Source of the DNA: a bacterium
GTDB taxonomy: Bacteria > JAAXHH01
Assembly: GCA_963665755.1 (NCBI GenBank)
Contig: OY762445.1
Span: 23,926-87,925, forward strand
Direction of reading: 5' to 3'
DNA length: 64,000 nucleotides
The position numbers and the translations under genes are program-made. Position 1 is the stretch's first letter, and each line of letters begins with the position of its first letter. Below the pieces are notes generated by a model that worked only from the letters and a program-made list of their open reading frames with translations, was not told where the DNA came from and did not search any database. This document shows, piece by piece, positions 46,765 through 56,518 of this stretch.

Positions 46765-47265
46765 ATGGCGACCAAACTCGATATGGGCTGCGGTCCCTTC
46801 GGGAAACTGGAAGGCGCCGTCGGCCTGGATATCAATGACGCGGCGCACGTGGACGTCGTGCATGACCTGGACGAGTATCCCTATCCCTTCGACGACGGCC
46901 AGTTCGACCATATCGAGATGTCCCACATTCTGGAACATATCCGCCAGCCGGCCAGGGCCATGGACGAAGTTTTCCGAATCGCGCGGTCCGGGGCGTCGAT
47001 CCGTATCGTCACGCCCCATTACTCTTCCCAGTTGTCCTATGGCGACCTGACCCACTATCATCATTTCGGCTACGTGACGATCACCCAGATGTGCCGGGAC
47101 GGGCGGTTCCGAATGGACGGCTGCAGGCTGATTTTCAGCGACATCTACCGGGTGCTGGGCATCAGCCTGTTCGCCAATTGGTTTCCCCGGCGTTGGGAGA
47201 AATACCTCGCCTTCATTTTCCCGGGCATGTACGTAGAGGCGAATCTGAGCGTTGTCAAAGCATGA
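46765..47265 (+). CDS. Class I SAM-dependent methyltransferase (type 11-like)
   Basis: LDMGCG, VGLD, PF.D.QFD, SHILEHI. Confidence 0.85.
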   Translation: MATKLDMGCGPFGKLEGAVGLDINDAAHVDVVHDLDEYPYPFDDGQFDHIEMSHILEHIRQPARAMDEVFRIARSGASIRIVTPHYSSQLSYGDLTHYHHFGYVTITQMCRDGRFRMDGCRLIFSDIYRVLGISLFANWFPRRWEKYLAFIFPGMYVEANLSVVKA

Positions 47266-47293
47266 ACGGAACGGGATAAACCGGAGGGCCGAC

Positions 47294-47605
47294 ATGGCCG
47301 CATCGACAGATCCCGCCGGAAACAAGGCCGCACGGGCCCTGCGCCGGTACTGGCGTGCCAACATTCGGTTCATGGCCGTGCTGCTCGGGCTGTGGGCCCT
47401 GGCCGGACTGGGCGCCGGCATCCTGTTCGCGGACGCGCTCAACGCGTACCGGATATCCGGCACGGGTTTTCCCCTGGGTTTCTGGTTCGCCCACCAGGGC
47501 AGCATCATCGTGTTCGTGCTGCTCATCCTGGCCTACTGCCTCTACATGAACCGCCTGGATAAACGGCACCGTCGCGAACTCGAAAGTACGGAACAGGAAG
47601 GTTAG
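47294..47605 (+). CDS. Solute:sodium symporter small subunit (DUF4212-like)
   Basis: YWRAN, PLGFWFAHQGSI.VF, MNRLD; GGAGG SD; precedes the SSS gene. Confidence 0.85.
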   Translation: MAASTDPAGNKAARALRRYWRANIRFMAVLLGLWALAGLGAGILFADALNAYRISGTGFPLGFWFAHQGSIIVFVLLILAYCLYMNRLDKRHRRELESTEQEG

Positions 47606-47614
47606 AATCGGCCT

Positions 47615-49468
47615 ATGTCCGTTCAGGCGTGGACCTATTTCTTCGTAGCGCTCTCCTTCGGCATCTACCTTTTCATCGCCTGGCGAACCCGCGTCCGGGA
47701 TACCAAAGGGTTCTACGTCGCCGGCCAGGGCGTGCCCGCGGCGGCCAACGGAATGGCCACGGCCGCGGACTGGATGAGCGCGGCGTCCTTCATCTCGATG
47801 GCCGGGCTGATCTCCACGATGGGATACGCCGGCGGCGTATATCTCATGGGGTGGACGGGCGGCTACGTGCTGCTGGCGCTGCTGCTCGCGCCTTACCTGC
47901 GGAAATTCGGCCACTACACCGTGCCGGACTTCGTGGGCGACCGCTTCGCGTCGGACGTGGCGCGAATCGTGGCCGTGACCTGCGCGATCTTCATCAGTTT
48001 CACCTACGTGGCGGGACAGATGCGCGGGGTAGGGGTCGTCTTCAGCCGGTTCCTCGAAGTGGACATCCACGTCGGCGTGATCATCGGGATGGCCATCGTC
48101 TTCATCTACGCCACGCTGGGTGGCATGAAGGGCATCACGTGGACGCAGGTCGCCCAATACTGGGTGCTCATCACCGCTTTTCTCATTCCCGCGATCGCCA
48201 TCAGTATCAAGCTCACGGGCAGTCCGCTGCCGCAGGCCGGGCTCGGCAGCACGCTGGAGCCGTCTATCGCGGGCCAGTCCGGGGTGTACCTGCTGGAGAA
48301 ACTGAACCAGATTCAGACCGATCTGGGATTCAGCAGCTATACGGCCACCTTCGTGGGGGGCTGGGACAAGGTCAACGTATTCTGCGTGGCCCTCGCGCTG
48401 ATGGTGGGTACGGCGGGCCTGCCCCACGTGCTCGTCCGGTTCTACACCGTCAAATCAGTCCGAGCGGCGCGCTGGAGCGCCTTCTGGGCGCTGCTGTTCA
48501 TCTCCCTGCTGTACCTGACGGCGCCCGCGACCGCGGCTTTCGCACGGTACTACATGATCGACAGCCTGAACGGGAAGACCGCGCAGGAACTTCCGTCGTG
48601 GTTCGAGAACTGGGAGAAGACCGGCCTCATTCTGTGGATGGACAACGGGGACGGAGTCATGCGGTATTCGGCCGGCGAGGACAACGAGATATTCCGCGGC
48701 GGTTCCCTGTCTGCGGCGGAACTGTCCACCGTACAGGTCGACCACCGGGCGTGGCTCGATTCGGAAGGCGCGGACGGCACGGACGGCCGGGCGGCGCTCC
48801 GGGCCCTTGGGCTTACCGGTCCGGACCGGGACATCATCGTGCTCGCCACGCCGGAAATGGCCGAACTGGCCAGCTGGATCATCGCACTGGTGGCGGCGGG
48901 CGGGCTGGCGGCGGCGCTTTCGACGGCGAGCGGGTTGCTGCTCGTTATTTCCGCCAGCGTATCCCACGACCTGTACTACCGCGTACTGCGCCCCCAGGCC
49001 AGCGAGAAGCAGCGCCTGGCCGTGGGCCGCGGCGTGATCGGTATGGCGGTGGTCGTGGCCGGGATATTCGGGATCTATCCGCCGGGCTTCGTAAGCCAGG
49101 TCGTCGCATTCGCCTTCGGCCTCGCGGCGGCGAGCTTTTTTCCAGCCATCGTCCTGGGTATTTTCAGCAAGCGGGTGGGCACCGTGCCCGCCGTGTGCGG
49201 CATCGTGGCGGGCATCGGTTTCACGGCCTTCTACATCATCGCATGCGTGTTCTTCAACATGGAAACCTGGACCTTCGGACTGTTTTCCAACGGCATCAAT
49301 CCCCAGGGGATCGGCACGATCGGCATGCTGATCAACTTCGCCGTGACCCTGTCGCTCACGCCCCTGTTCCCCAGGCCCGGACCGGAAGTCGAGGCCATGA
49401 TCGACTCGGTCAGAGAACCGGAAGAAGCGGGGCCAGCGGTAATGATCGAAACGGCCCCGGAACACTGA
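47615..49468 (+). CDS. Sodium:solute symporter, ActP-like (cation/acetate or monocarboxylate)
   Basis: NGMATAADWMSAASF, GGMKGITWTQVAQY, GTAGLPH, AAALST. Confidence 0.9.
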   Translation: MSVQAWTYFFVALSFGIYLFIAWRTRVRDTKGFYVAGQGVPAAANGMATAADWMSAASFISMAGLISTMGYAGGVYLMGWTGGYVLLALLLAPYLRKFGHYTVPDFVGDRFASDVARIVAVTCAIFISFTYVAGQMRGVGVVFSRFLEVDIHVGVIIGMAIVFIYATLGGMKGITWTQVAQYWVLITAFLIPAIAISIKLTGSPLPQAGLGSTLEPSIAGQSGVYLLEKLNQIQTDLGFSSYTATFVGGWDKVNVFCVALALMVGTAGLPHVLVRFYTVKSVRAARWSAFWALLFISLLYLTAPATAAFARYYMIDSLNGKTAQELPSWFENWEKTGLILWMDNGDGVMRYSAGEDNEIFRGGSLSAAELSTVQVDHRAWLDSEGADGTDGRAALRALGLTGPDRDIIVLATPEMAELASWIIALVAAGGLAAALSTASGLLLVISASVSHDLYYRVLRPQASEKQRLAVGRGVIGMAVVVAGIFGIYPPGFVSQVVAFAFGLAAASFFPAIVLGIFSKRVGTVPAVCGIVAGIGFTAFYIIACVFFNMETWTFGLFSNGINPQGIGTIGMLINFAVTLSLTPLFPRPGPEVEAMIDSVREPEEAGPAVMIETAPEH

Positions 49469-49486
49469 TCGACGGGAGCCGGCGCC

Positions 49487-50275
49487 ATGTCCATTTCCGT
49501 CATAGTCATAGCCCGGGACGAAGCCCTCCGGATCGAAACCTGCCTGCAGCGCGCGCGCTTCGCCGACGAGATCGTGCTCGTGGACTCCGGGAGCACGGAC
49601 GACACCGTCGCCATCGCGCGGAAGTACGCCGATCAGGTCATCGAAACGGAGTGGCGTGGCTACGGCGCGACCAAGCAACTGGCCCTGGAGCACGCCAGCG
49701 GGGATTGGGTACTCTGGCTGGACGCGGACGAACGCGTCCCGCCGGACCTGCGGGATGAGATCCTCGTCACCGTGGAAGCCGGCGAGCATGCCGGATACCG
49801 CATCGCTCGGAAGACGTTTTTCCTGGGACGCTGGATACGCCACTGCGGCTGGTATCCCGACTACGTACTCCGCCTGTTCCGGCGTGCGGCCGAACCCCGG
49901 TTTACGGACGACGAGGTCCACGAGTCGCTGCGCATCCAGGGCACGACCGGCGATCTGAAACACCCCATGATCCACGATACCGATCCCACCCTCCACCACT
50001 ACCTCCGCAAGTTCAACAGTTTTACCAGTCTCGGCGCCCGCCAGCTTTACCTGTCGGGCCGGCGTTTCCGTTTGACAGATCTGGTGTTCCGTCCGATTTT
50101 TACCCTGTTGAAAATGTACGTGCTGAAGCGGGGCTTCCTGGATGGCCTGCCCGGCTTCATCTTGTGCGGTCTTTCCGCCTGTTACGTTTTCGCCAAGTAC
50201 GCCAAGCTATGGCACCTGCACGCCCGCGGCTCCGCCGACTTCGAATCGGGCGCGGCGGGCGGCCAGTCCTCCTGA
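49487..50275 (+). CDS. GT2 glycosyltransferase (KdtX/WaaE-like)
   Basis: VDSGSTD, LDADE, GWYPD, VHE, GFLDG. Confidence 0.92.
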   Translation: MSISVIVIARDEALRIETCLQRARFADEIVLVDSGSTDDTVAIARKYADQVIETEWRGYGATKQLALEHASGDWVLWLDADERVPPDLRDEILVTVEAGEHAGYRIARKTFFLGRWIRHCGWYPDYVLRLFRRAAEPRFTDDEVHESLRIQGTTGDLKHPMIHDTDPTLHHYLRKFNSFTSLGARQLYLSGRRFRLTDLVFRPIFTLLKMYVLKRGFLDGLPGFILCGLSACYVFAKYAKLWHLHARGSADFESGAAGGQSS

Positions 50276-50300
50276 AACCGCACCTCCACCGGCGACTCCC

Positions 50301-51113
50301 ATGCAAACGCTGTCCGTCGTGGTAATCACCCGCAATGAGGAACGGAAACTCCGCCGCTGCCTGGATCCCGTCTCATGGGCCGACGACATCGTCGTAGTCG
50401 ACAGTTACAGCACCGACGCCACGGTGGAAATCGCGGAAACCTACACCGGCCGCGTGTTCCGCCGGGCCTGGTCCGGCTTCGCCGACCAGCGAAACTTCGG
50501 CATGGAGCAGGCCCGCGGGGAATGGATACTCTTTCTCGACGCGGATGAATACGTCACCGGCGGACTCGAGAAGCGTATCCGCGAATTGCTGCGGGACGGC
50601 GGGGACTACGACGCCTACAAGATCCATCGCCTGGAACACTTCCTTCGGTTTCCGATCCGACACGGGACCCTCAATCCGAGTTACCAGCCCCGGCTGATGA
50701 GAAAAGGGAAGGGGTACTGGACGGGAGGCGCGCACGCCCATATCGAAGTAGACGGCCATGGCGAACTGGGCCTGATCCACGAGGATCTCTACCATGATTC
50801 GCACAACTCGCTCTCCGATTTCATCGCACGGATCAACCAATACACCACGGTGGACGCGGAAGAGCGTATTCTGGCGGGGCAGCGTGTGGGACGACTGCGC
50901 CTGGTGCTTTCACCTGTCGGAATGGCCTGGAAGTGCTACATCGTTAAAAAGGGGTACCGGGACGGGTTCCCCGGCCTGCTGTTCAGCCTGTGTATGGGGA
51001 TCTATTCGTTCCTGAGGCTGGTCAAGGTCTGGCAGCACGGATCCCGGGTGAAGGAGAATACGGAAGGTCGGGCGAAGGACAACCCGGAAAGCCGGTCGCA
51101 GTCACCGTCGTGA
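50301..51113 (+). CDS. GT2 glycosyltransferase (KdtX/WaaE-like)
   Basis: LSVVVITRNEE, VDSYSTD, LDADE, GYRDG; start at MQTL. Confidence 0.9.
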   Translation: MQTLSVVVITRNEERKLRRCLDPVSWADDIVVVDSYSTDATVEIAETYTGRVFRRAWSGFADQRNFGMEQARGEWILFLDADEYVTGGLEKRIRELLRDGGDYDAYKIHRLEHFLRFPIRHGTLNPSYQPRLMRKGKGYWTGGAHAHIEVDGHGELGLIHEDLYHDSHNSLSDFIARINQYTTVDAEERILAGQRVGRLRLVLSPVGMAWKCYIVKKGYRDGFPGLLFSLCMGIYSFLRLVKVWQHGSRVKENTEGRAKDNPESRSQSPS

Positions 51114-51133
51114 CGGTTAATTCGGACTGAATC

Positions 51134-52093
51134 ATGGCACAGGGCAAGCGATGCAGTATCGTGATACCGACGTGGAACGCGGGTTCATTGATCGAACGGT
51201 GCCTGCGCGCACTGAAGGATCACGGGGAAGCGGACCGGGCGGAGATCGTCGTGGTCGACGACGGCGGCACGGACGACTCCGCCGAAAGGATAGAGGCGGC
51301 CTGTCCCGATGCGGTCCTGGCCAGGCACGAAGAGAACAGGGGTTTTGCCGCGGCCTGCAACACGGGCGTGTCCCGGGCATCGCACGACGTCGTGGTCCTG
51401 CTCAACAACGACGTCGTCGCGACCGGACCGTTCCTGGATCCGCTCCTTTCCCATTTCCGGGATGACCGGGTGTTCGCCGTCAATCCCCGTGTCTACCACG
51501 CCGCGGACCGGCGTCCCGGCGGCGGGCTGGTGCGGGGGTACATGCACTGCGGGCTGTTACGGCTCAGGTGGGCCGAAAGCGAGTCCCGTCGCGAAGCCGG
51601 AGGACTCACGCTGTACGCCAACGGGGCCGCCATGGCGGTCTCCCGGGACAAGTACCTGTCGCTCGGTGGATTCGACACCCTGTACGTGCCCTTTTACTCG
51701 GAAGACCTGGACCTGTCCTTCCGTGCGTACCAGCGGGGATGGACCGTGCATTATGAACCGGAAAGCCGGCTCGACCACGATCACGGCGCCACGATCGGCG
51801 CCCGCCATGATCAGACCCGCATCGACCGGGTCAGCATGAGAAACCGGATCCTCTTCGTGTGGCGCAACGTACGGGACGGCCGGTACCTGGCCGGTCATGT
51901 CCTATGGATGATCGCCCGCTCGTTCGGCGCGGTGCTGAAGGGCGATATGGTCTTTCTCGGCGCGCTCGTGGACGCAACGGCCCGGTGGGACGCGGTGATG
52001 AAGCGGCGTCGGTCCGATCCGGAACCCGTGGTCTCCGACCGCGAGATCCTGCGATCCACATCCACGTGGGCCGGTCGCGAACAGACCGGATAG
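51134..52093 (+). CDS. GT2 glycosyltransferase (WbbL/rhamnosyltransferase-like)
   Basis: IVIPTWN, VDDGGTD, NRGFAAACN, LLNND, YSEDLD. Confidence 0.88.
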   Translation: MAQGKRCSIVIPTWNAGSLIERCLRALKDHGEADRAEIVVVDDGGTDDSAERIEAACPDAVLARHEENRGFAAACNTGVSRASHDVVVLLNNDVVATGPFLDPLLSHFRDDRVFAVNPRVYHAADRRPGGGLVRGYMHCGLLRLRWAESESRREAGGLTLYANGAAMAVSRDKYLSLGGFDTLYVPFYSEDLDLSFRAYQRGWTVHYEPESRLDHDHGATIGARHDQTRIDRVSMRNRILFVWRNVRDGRYLAGHVLWMIARSFGAVLKGDMVFLGALVDATARWDAVMKRRRSDPEPVVSDREILRSTSTWAGREQTG

Positions 52094-52144
52094 TCGGATT
52101 CTGCACGCGTTCGGATTCCGCACGCGCTCGGATTCTGCACGCTC
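52094..52144. repeat. 17-bp tandem triplication immediately after a stop codon
   Basis: tcggattctgcacgcgt tcggattccgcacgcgc tcggattctgcacgctc. Confidence 0.85.
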
Positions 52145-52164
52145 AATGGACACCTTTGACTACC

Positions 52165-53208
52165 ATGAAAGCACCGGAACTGGATCGGATCCTCATTTCC
52201 CGTTTGCGGTTCATCGGCGATGTCGTGCTTACCACGCCGGTGATCAGGGCGCTGAAGCGTCAGTACCCGGAAGCGGGCCTCTACTACCTGGCGGAGTCGG
52301 GACCCGCGGCGGTCCTCGCCCGGAACCCCCACCTGGAAGAAGTGATCGTGCTGCCGGACGAGTTCCTTCCCGGCCGGGCCGTCCTGACCCGGTGCGCTGC
52401 CCAGGTGCGGTTCCTCCGTTCTTTGCGAAAGCGGCGGTTCGACCTGTCGATCGATCTCTTCGGCAATCCCCGAAGCGCGTTGCTTACCCTGGCCACGGGC
52501 GCGCGGTACCGGGTCGGCTATGATGTGCGGGGAAGGGGCAGGGCGTATAATGTCAAGATCAGGCGGACCGAATCCCGCCGGGTGCTCGATGCCTACCTGG
52601 ACGCCGTACGGACGATAGGGGTTCCGGTCGAGGACGACCGCACCGAAGTGCATTTCTCCGTGGAAGACGCGAAGTGGGCTGAATCCTGGCTTAAGGCGCG
52701 GGGAATCGACGGAACCCGTCCGATCATCGCTTTGAACCCCGGCGCCAGTTGGCCGGCCAAGACCTGGAGCGCGGGGCGGTTCGCCGAACTGGCGGCGGGG
52801 TTGATCGGAGAACTGAATGCATCGGTCCTGCTGGTGGCAGGACCGGGTCAGCGGGAGGTCATCAATGTAACAGAAGCGCTGACCGCCCATGACTGTCCCG
52901 TCGTGCATACCGATTCGCTCACTCGTCTGGCGGCATTGATCCACCGCTGCCGCCTGTACGTTTCAAATGACTGTGGTCCGATGCATATCGCTGTCGCCGT
53001 GGGCACGCCTACGATCGGCCTCTTCGGACCGAGCCGGCCGGAGATCTGGTTTCCCTATTCGGCGGAGGAAGGACACGTAGCGCTGCAGGCCGAAACGGAC
53101 AACTGCTGCGGCCGCGATTTCTGCATCAGGCCGACGCCCTGCATCGAATCGATCTCGCCGCGCAAAGTGCTCGACACCGTGGAATCCCTGATAGGCCGGT
53201 CCGTTTAA
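52165..53208 (+). CDS. GT9 heptosyltransferase-like protein
   Basis: RILISRLRFIGDVVLTTP, NPGASW.AK.W, SNDCGPMH, LFGP. Confidence 0.9.
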   Translation: MKAPELDRILISRLRFIGDVVLTTPVIRALKRQYPEAGLYYLAESGPAAVLARNPHLEEVIVLPDEFLPGRAVLTRCAAQVRFLRSLRKRRFDLSIDLFGNPRSALLTLATGARYRVGYDVRGRGRAYNVKIRRTESRRVLDAYLDAVRTIGVPVEDDRTEVHFSVEDAKWAESWLKARGIDGTRPIIALNPGASWPAKTWSAGRFAELAAGLIGELNASVLLVAGPGQREVINVTEALTAHDCPVVHTDSLTRLAALIHRCRLYVSNDCGPMHIAVAVGTPTIGLFGPSRPEIWFPYSAEEGHVALQAETDNCCGRDFCIRPTPCIESISPRKVLDTVESLIGRSV

Positions 53209-53228
53209 TCGCCCAACCGGAACAGTCC

Positions 53229-54269
53229 ATGCCCGTAACACCCAATCGAATCCTGGTCATAAAACTGCGAGCCACAGGTGACGTCGTTCTCTCTACGCCC
53301 GTAATCGAAAACCTGAAACGGCGGTTTCCCGGGGCCCGTATCTCATTTCTGACGGAGGAGGCCTCCGCTGACGTATTGAGATGGAATGCCTTCCTGGATG
53401 ACCTCATCGTGCTGCCGGTTCGACGGTGGAAACGCACCGGTTTCCGGCGGTCCTGGCGCGAGCAGGCGCGATTCTACCGCAATCTGCGCCGCAGGCGTTT
53501 CGATCTCGCGATAGACCTCTTCGGCAACCCGCGCAGCGCCGTGCTGACCTGGCTGACCGGGGCGGCGAACCGGGTCGGCTACGACTTCAGGGGGCGTCGC
53601 CTCGCCTACAACACCGTGGTTGCGCCCCCGGAACGGGCGGGGCACGAGGTCCTTTTCCACCTCGAGACCCTCGAGGCTCTGGACATCCCGGTTGTCACCA
53701 GCCGGCCAGCCGTCGCCATACCCGGAACGGCCGAGGGAAAGGCGCGCCGGTGGCTGCGTGGGCATATCCAGGAAAGCCGCGCGGTCGTCGGGCTGAATCC
53801 GGGTGGAGGATGGGCAATCAAGCGGTGGCCGCCGGACAGTTTCGGCCGCCTGGCCGACGCCCTGATCGATGAATTCGGCGTGGAAGTCCTGATCATGTGG
53901 GGTCCGGGCGAAGAGGGGCTCGTCGAGGCGGTGGCCGGCGCCATGCGTAACCGTCCCCTCGTTATCCCGGCGGTAACGCTCGCGGAACTCGGCGCCTACC
54001 TCAAACGCTGTTGCCTGCTGGTCAGCAACGACAGCGGTCCGATGCATATGGCCGCGGCGCTGGACGTTCCGACGATCGGTATTTTCGGCCCGACCGACCC
54101 CCGGGCCCAGGGCCCATGGGGCGATGGACACGGTGTGGTGCGGAAGGAAAGTGTCGACTGTCTCGGCTGCAATCGGATCGAATGTCCCATCGGCAACATT
54201 TGCATGACGACGCTGGAACCCCGCGAGGTACTCGCGAAGATACAGCCATACATTCCAGTCGAAGCTTGA
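53229..54269 (+). CDS. GT9 heptosyltransferase (WaaF/WaaQ-like)
   Basis: RILVIKLRATGDV, KRWP, SNDSGPMH, IFGPT. Confidence 0.9.
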   Translation: MPVTPNRILVIKLRATGDVVLSTPVIENLKRRFPGARISFLTEEASADVLRWNAFLDDLIVLPVRRWKRTGFRRSWREQARFYRNLRRRRFDLAIDLFGNPRSAVLTWLTGAANRVGYDFRGRRLAYNTVVAPPERAGHEVLFHLETLEALDIPVVTSRPAVAIPGTAEGKARRWLRGHIQESRAVVGLNPGGGWAIKRWPPDSFGRLADALIDEFGVEVLIMWGPGEEGLVEAVAGAMRNRPLVIPAVTLAELGAYLKRCCLLVSNDSGPMHMAAALDVPTIGIFGPTDPRAQGPWGDGHGVVRKESVDCLGCNRIECPIGNICMTTLEPREVLAKIQPYIPVEA

Positions 54270-54294
54270 CATCAACCGGTCCACATGTTATATT
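54266..54294 (+). promoter_or_regulatory. Sigma70 promoter of rng-rplU-rpmA
   Basis: TTGACA-N17-TATATT with extended TG. Confidence 0.7.
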
Positions 54295-54354
54295 TTACCA
54301 CTTTGGAACGTTTACTTTAACCGGCTCTCCTGGAGCCAGACAGAAGGTTTTTAT

Positions 54355-55887
54355 TTGCGGAAAGATATCATAGTTGAGACGGCCACGCACGAAACGCGCA
54401 TTGCCATGCTCGAGGACAACCATCTCGTTGAGCTTCTGGTCGAACGCCCGGAACACGAACGCGTGGTCGGGAATATCTGCAAGGGCGTTGTAACGGCGGT
54501 CATACCGAGTATTCAGGCAGCTTTCATCGATATCGGCATGGACAAGGCGGCATTCCTGCAGGCGTCGGATGTCACCGGAGGGGCCGACTGGATCGATTTC
54601 GATGACGACGAGAACCAGGATTCCGGATCCGGCAGGAGCAGGGACCGGGAATACCGGATACAGGAGATGGTCAAAGAAGGCCAGGAAATTGTAGTCCAGA
54701 TTACGAAGGAGTCGATCGGCACCAAGGGACCTCGGGTCACCTCCCAGATATCTCTGCCGGGCAGGTTTCTCGTGCTGGTTCCCCATGCCAATTACGTCGG
54801 CGTGTCGCGACGTATCGACGACTGGAACGAAAAGCGCAGGCTCAGGGACCTGGCCCGGAGCCTCAAGTCCGACGACTTCGGGGTCATCGTGCGGACAGCC
54901 GCACTGGGCAAATCGGATTCCGAGTTGAAGAACGATCTCAAGCAATTGACCAGGATCTCGCGGAATATCGAGAAACAGGTCGGGAATACATCGGCCCCCG
55001 CCATGATCCACAAGGACGTCGAAATGACGTCGGGGATGATACGCGATCTGTTCACGCCCGATATCGACAGTGTGATCATCGATTCGAAGGCGGTATACAA
55101 GGAGATCCTTGCATATCTCAAGGGGGTAGCCCCCCAGCTCCGCTCGCGCGTTCACATGTACGATGGGACGGCGCCGGTGTTCGACGCCTACGGGATCGAA
55201 AACGAGATCGGCAAGGCGCTGCACCGGAAAGTATGGCTGAAGAATGGCGGATACATACTCATCGAGCCCACAGAGGCGCTGGTGACGATAGACGTGAATT
55301 CGGGACGATACGCGGGCTCCAAGGGGCACGAGGAAACGGTGTACCAGACCAATCTGGAAGCCTGCGCGGAGGTCGCCCGGCAGCTTCGGCTCAGGGACAT
55401 CGGGGGCATCATCGTTATCGATTTCATTGACATGGAAGACCGTGGAAACCGGCGCCAGGTGCACCAGGAGATGGAAAAGGTCATGGCGCACGACCGCGCG
55501 CGGACACGCATGTCCAAGGAGATCAGCGAATTCGGACTGATAGAGATGACCCGCCAGCGGATCCGTCCCAGCCTGCTCTTCACCTTCAGCGAAGCGTGCC
55601 CGGTTTGCGACGGAACCGGACGAATCATGTCGCGTCTTACCATGGTGACCCAGATCGGCCGGTGGCTGAAGCGGGCAAAACCGGGTCTGAGAGAACGAAG
55701 GCTCAGGCTCAAGGTCCATCCCACCGTGGCGTTGAGTCTGAACGAAAACGGTCGGGAGAAACTGGTGAACCTGCAGGACGAATACAAGATGCAACTTCAG
55801 ATCGAGGAAGATCCGTTTCTACACGTGGAGGAATTCCGCGTGTTTTCGGGCAAACGGGACCTGGACGTGACCGACGAGTTCAAGTGA
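54355..55887 (+). CDS. rng: Ribonuclease E/G family (RNase G-sized)
   Basis: S1 domain, IDVNSG, LRDIGGIIVIDFID, CPVC.G.G. Confidence 0.92.
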   Translation: MRKDIIVETATHETRIAMLEDNHLVELLVERPEHERVVGNICKGVVTAVIPSIQAAFIDIGMDKAAFLQASDVTGGADWIDFDDDENQDSGSGRSRDREYRIQEMVKEGQEIVVQITKESIGTKGPRVTSQISLPGRFLVLVPHANYVGVSRRIDDWNEKRRLRDLARSLKSDDFGVIVRTAALGKSDSELKNDLKQLTRISRNIEKQVGNTSAPAMIHKDVEMTSGMIRDLFTPDIDSVIIDSKAVYKEILAYLKGVAPQLRSRVHMYDGTAPVFDAYGIENEIGKALHRKVWLKNGGYILIEPTEALVTIDVNSGRYAGSKGHEETVYQTNLEACAEVARQLRLRDIGGIIVIDFIDMEDRGNRRQVHQEMEKVMAHDRARTRMSKEISEFGLIEMTRQRIRPSLLFTFSEACPVCDGTGRIMSRLTMVTQIGRWLKRAKPGLRERRLRLKVHPTVALSLNENGREKLVNLQDEYKMQLQIEEDPFLHVEEFRVFSGKRDLDVTDEFK

Positions 55888-55914
55888 CTGGACCCAATGG
55901 ACAAGGAGTGATCG

Positions 55915-56241
55915 ATGTACGCTGTGATCAGATCGGGCGATCAGCAGTTCAGTGTCAACGAGGGGGATGAGATCCAGGTCGAGAAGATTGCCGCCGAAGT
56001 GGGCGAGGAGATCACCATCGACCAGGTACTCCTCCTGGGCGGCGGGGAGACGCTGGTTGGTACGCCGACGGTTGCCGGTGCTACCGTGACGGCCAGGGTA
56101 ACGGAACAGGGGCGTCATCCTAAAATCGTGGTGTTCAAGATGAAACGCCGTAAGAACTACCGCCGGAAGAGGGGGCACAGGCAGCAGTATACCGCGCTCG
56201 AAATAACCGGCATCAACTACGACCCAAGCGTGACCAACTGA
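55915..56241 (+). CDS. rplU: 50S ribosomal protein bL21
   Basis: [23 protein letters not shown]. Confidence 0.97.
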   Translation: MYAVIRSGDQQFSVNEGDEIQVEKIAAEVGEEITIDQVLLLGGGETLVGTPTVAGATVTARVTEQGRHPKIVVFKMKRRKNYRRKRGHRQQYTALEITGINYDPSVTN

Positions 56242-56259
56242 TTTGAGAGGAGCCTTGAC

Positions 56260-56514
56260 ATGGCCCACAAGAAAGGCGTAGGGAGTTCTCGCAACGGTAG
56301 AGACAGCAATCCCAAATTTCTCGGCGTGAAAACCGGAGACGGCATGCGCGTCCGGGCCGGCAACATCCTCGTGCGGCAGCGGGGAACGCGTATTCTGCCT
56401 GGAACGAACGTCGGGCGCGGCAACGACGACACCCTCTTTGCCCTTGCGGATGGCGTCGTTCAGTTCCGCCGGCTCGGAAAGAGCCGTACGCAGGTCCATA
56501 TCGCCAACGGGTGA
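56260..56514 (+). CDS. rpmA: 50S ribosomal protein bL27
   Basis: [16 protein letters not shown]. Confidence 0.98.
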   Translation: MAHKKGVGSSRNGRDSNPKFLGVKTGDGMRVRAGNILVRQRGTRILPGTNVGRGNDDTLFALADGVVQFRRLGKSRTQVHIANG

Positions 56515-56518
56515 TCCC

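Noticed and set aside
47629-49758. 709-aa alternative-frame ORF over the SSS gene
   Set aside because: Arg/Gly/Pro-rich shadow ORF caused by GC3 bias, with no motifs.
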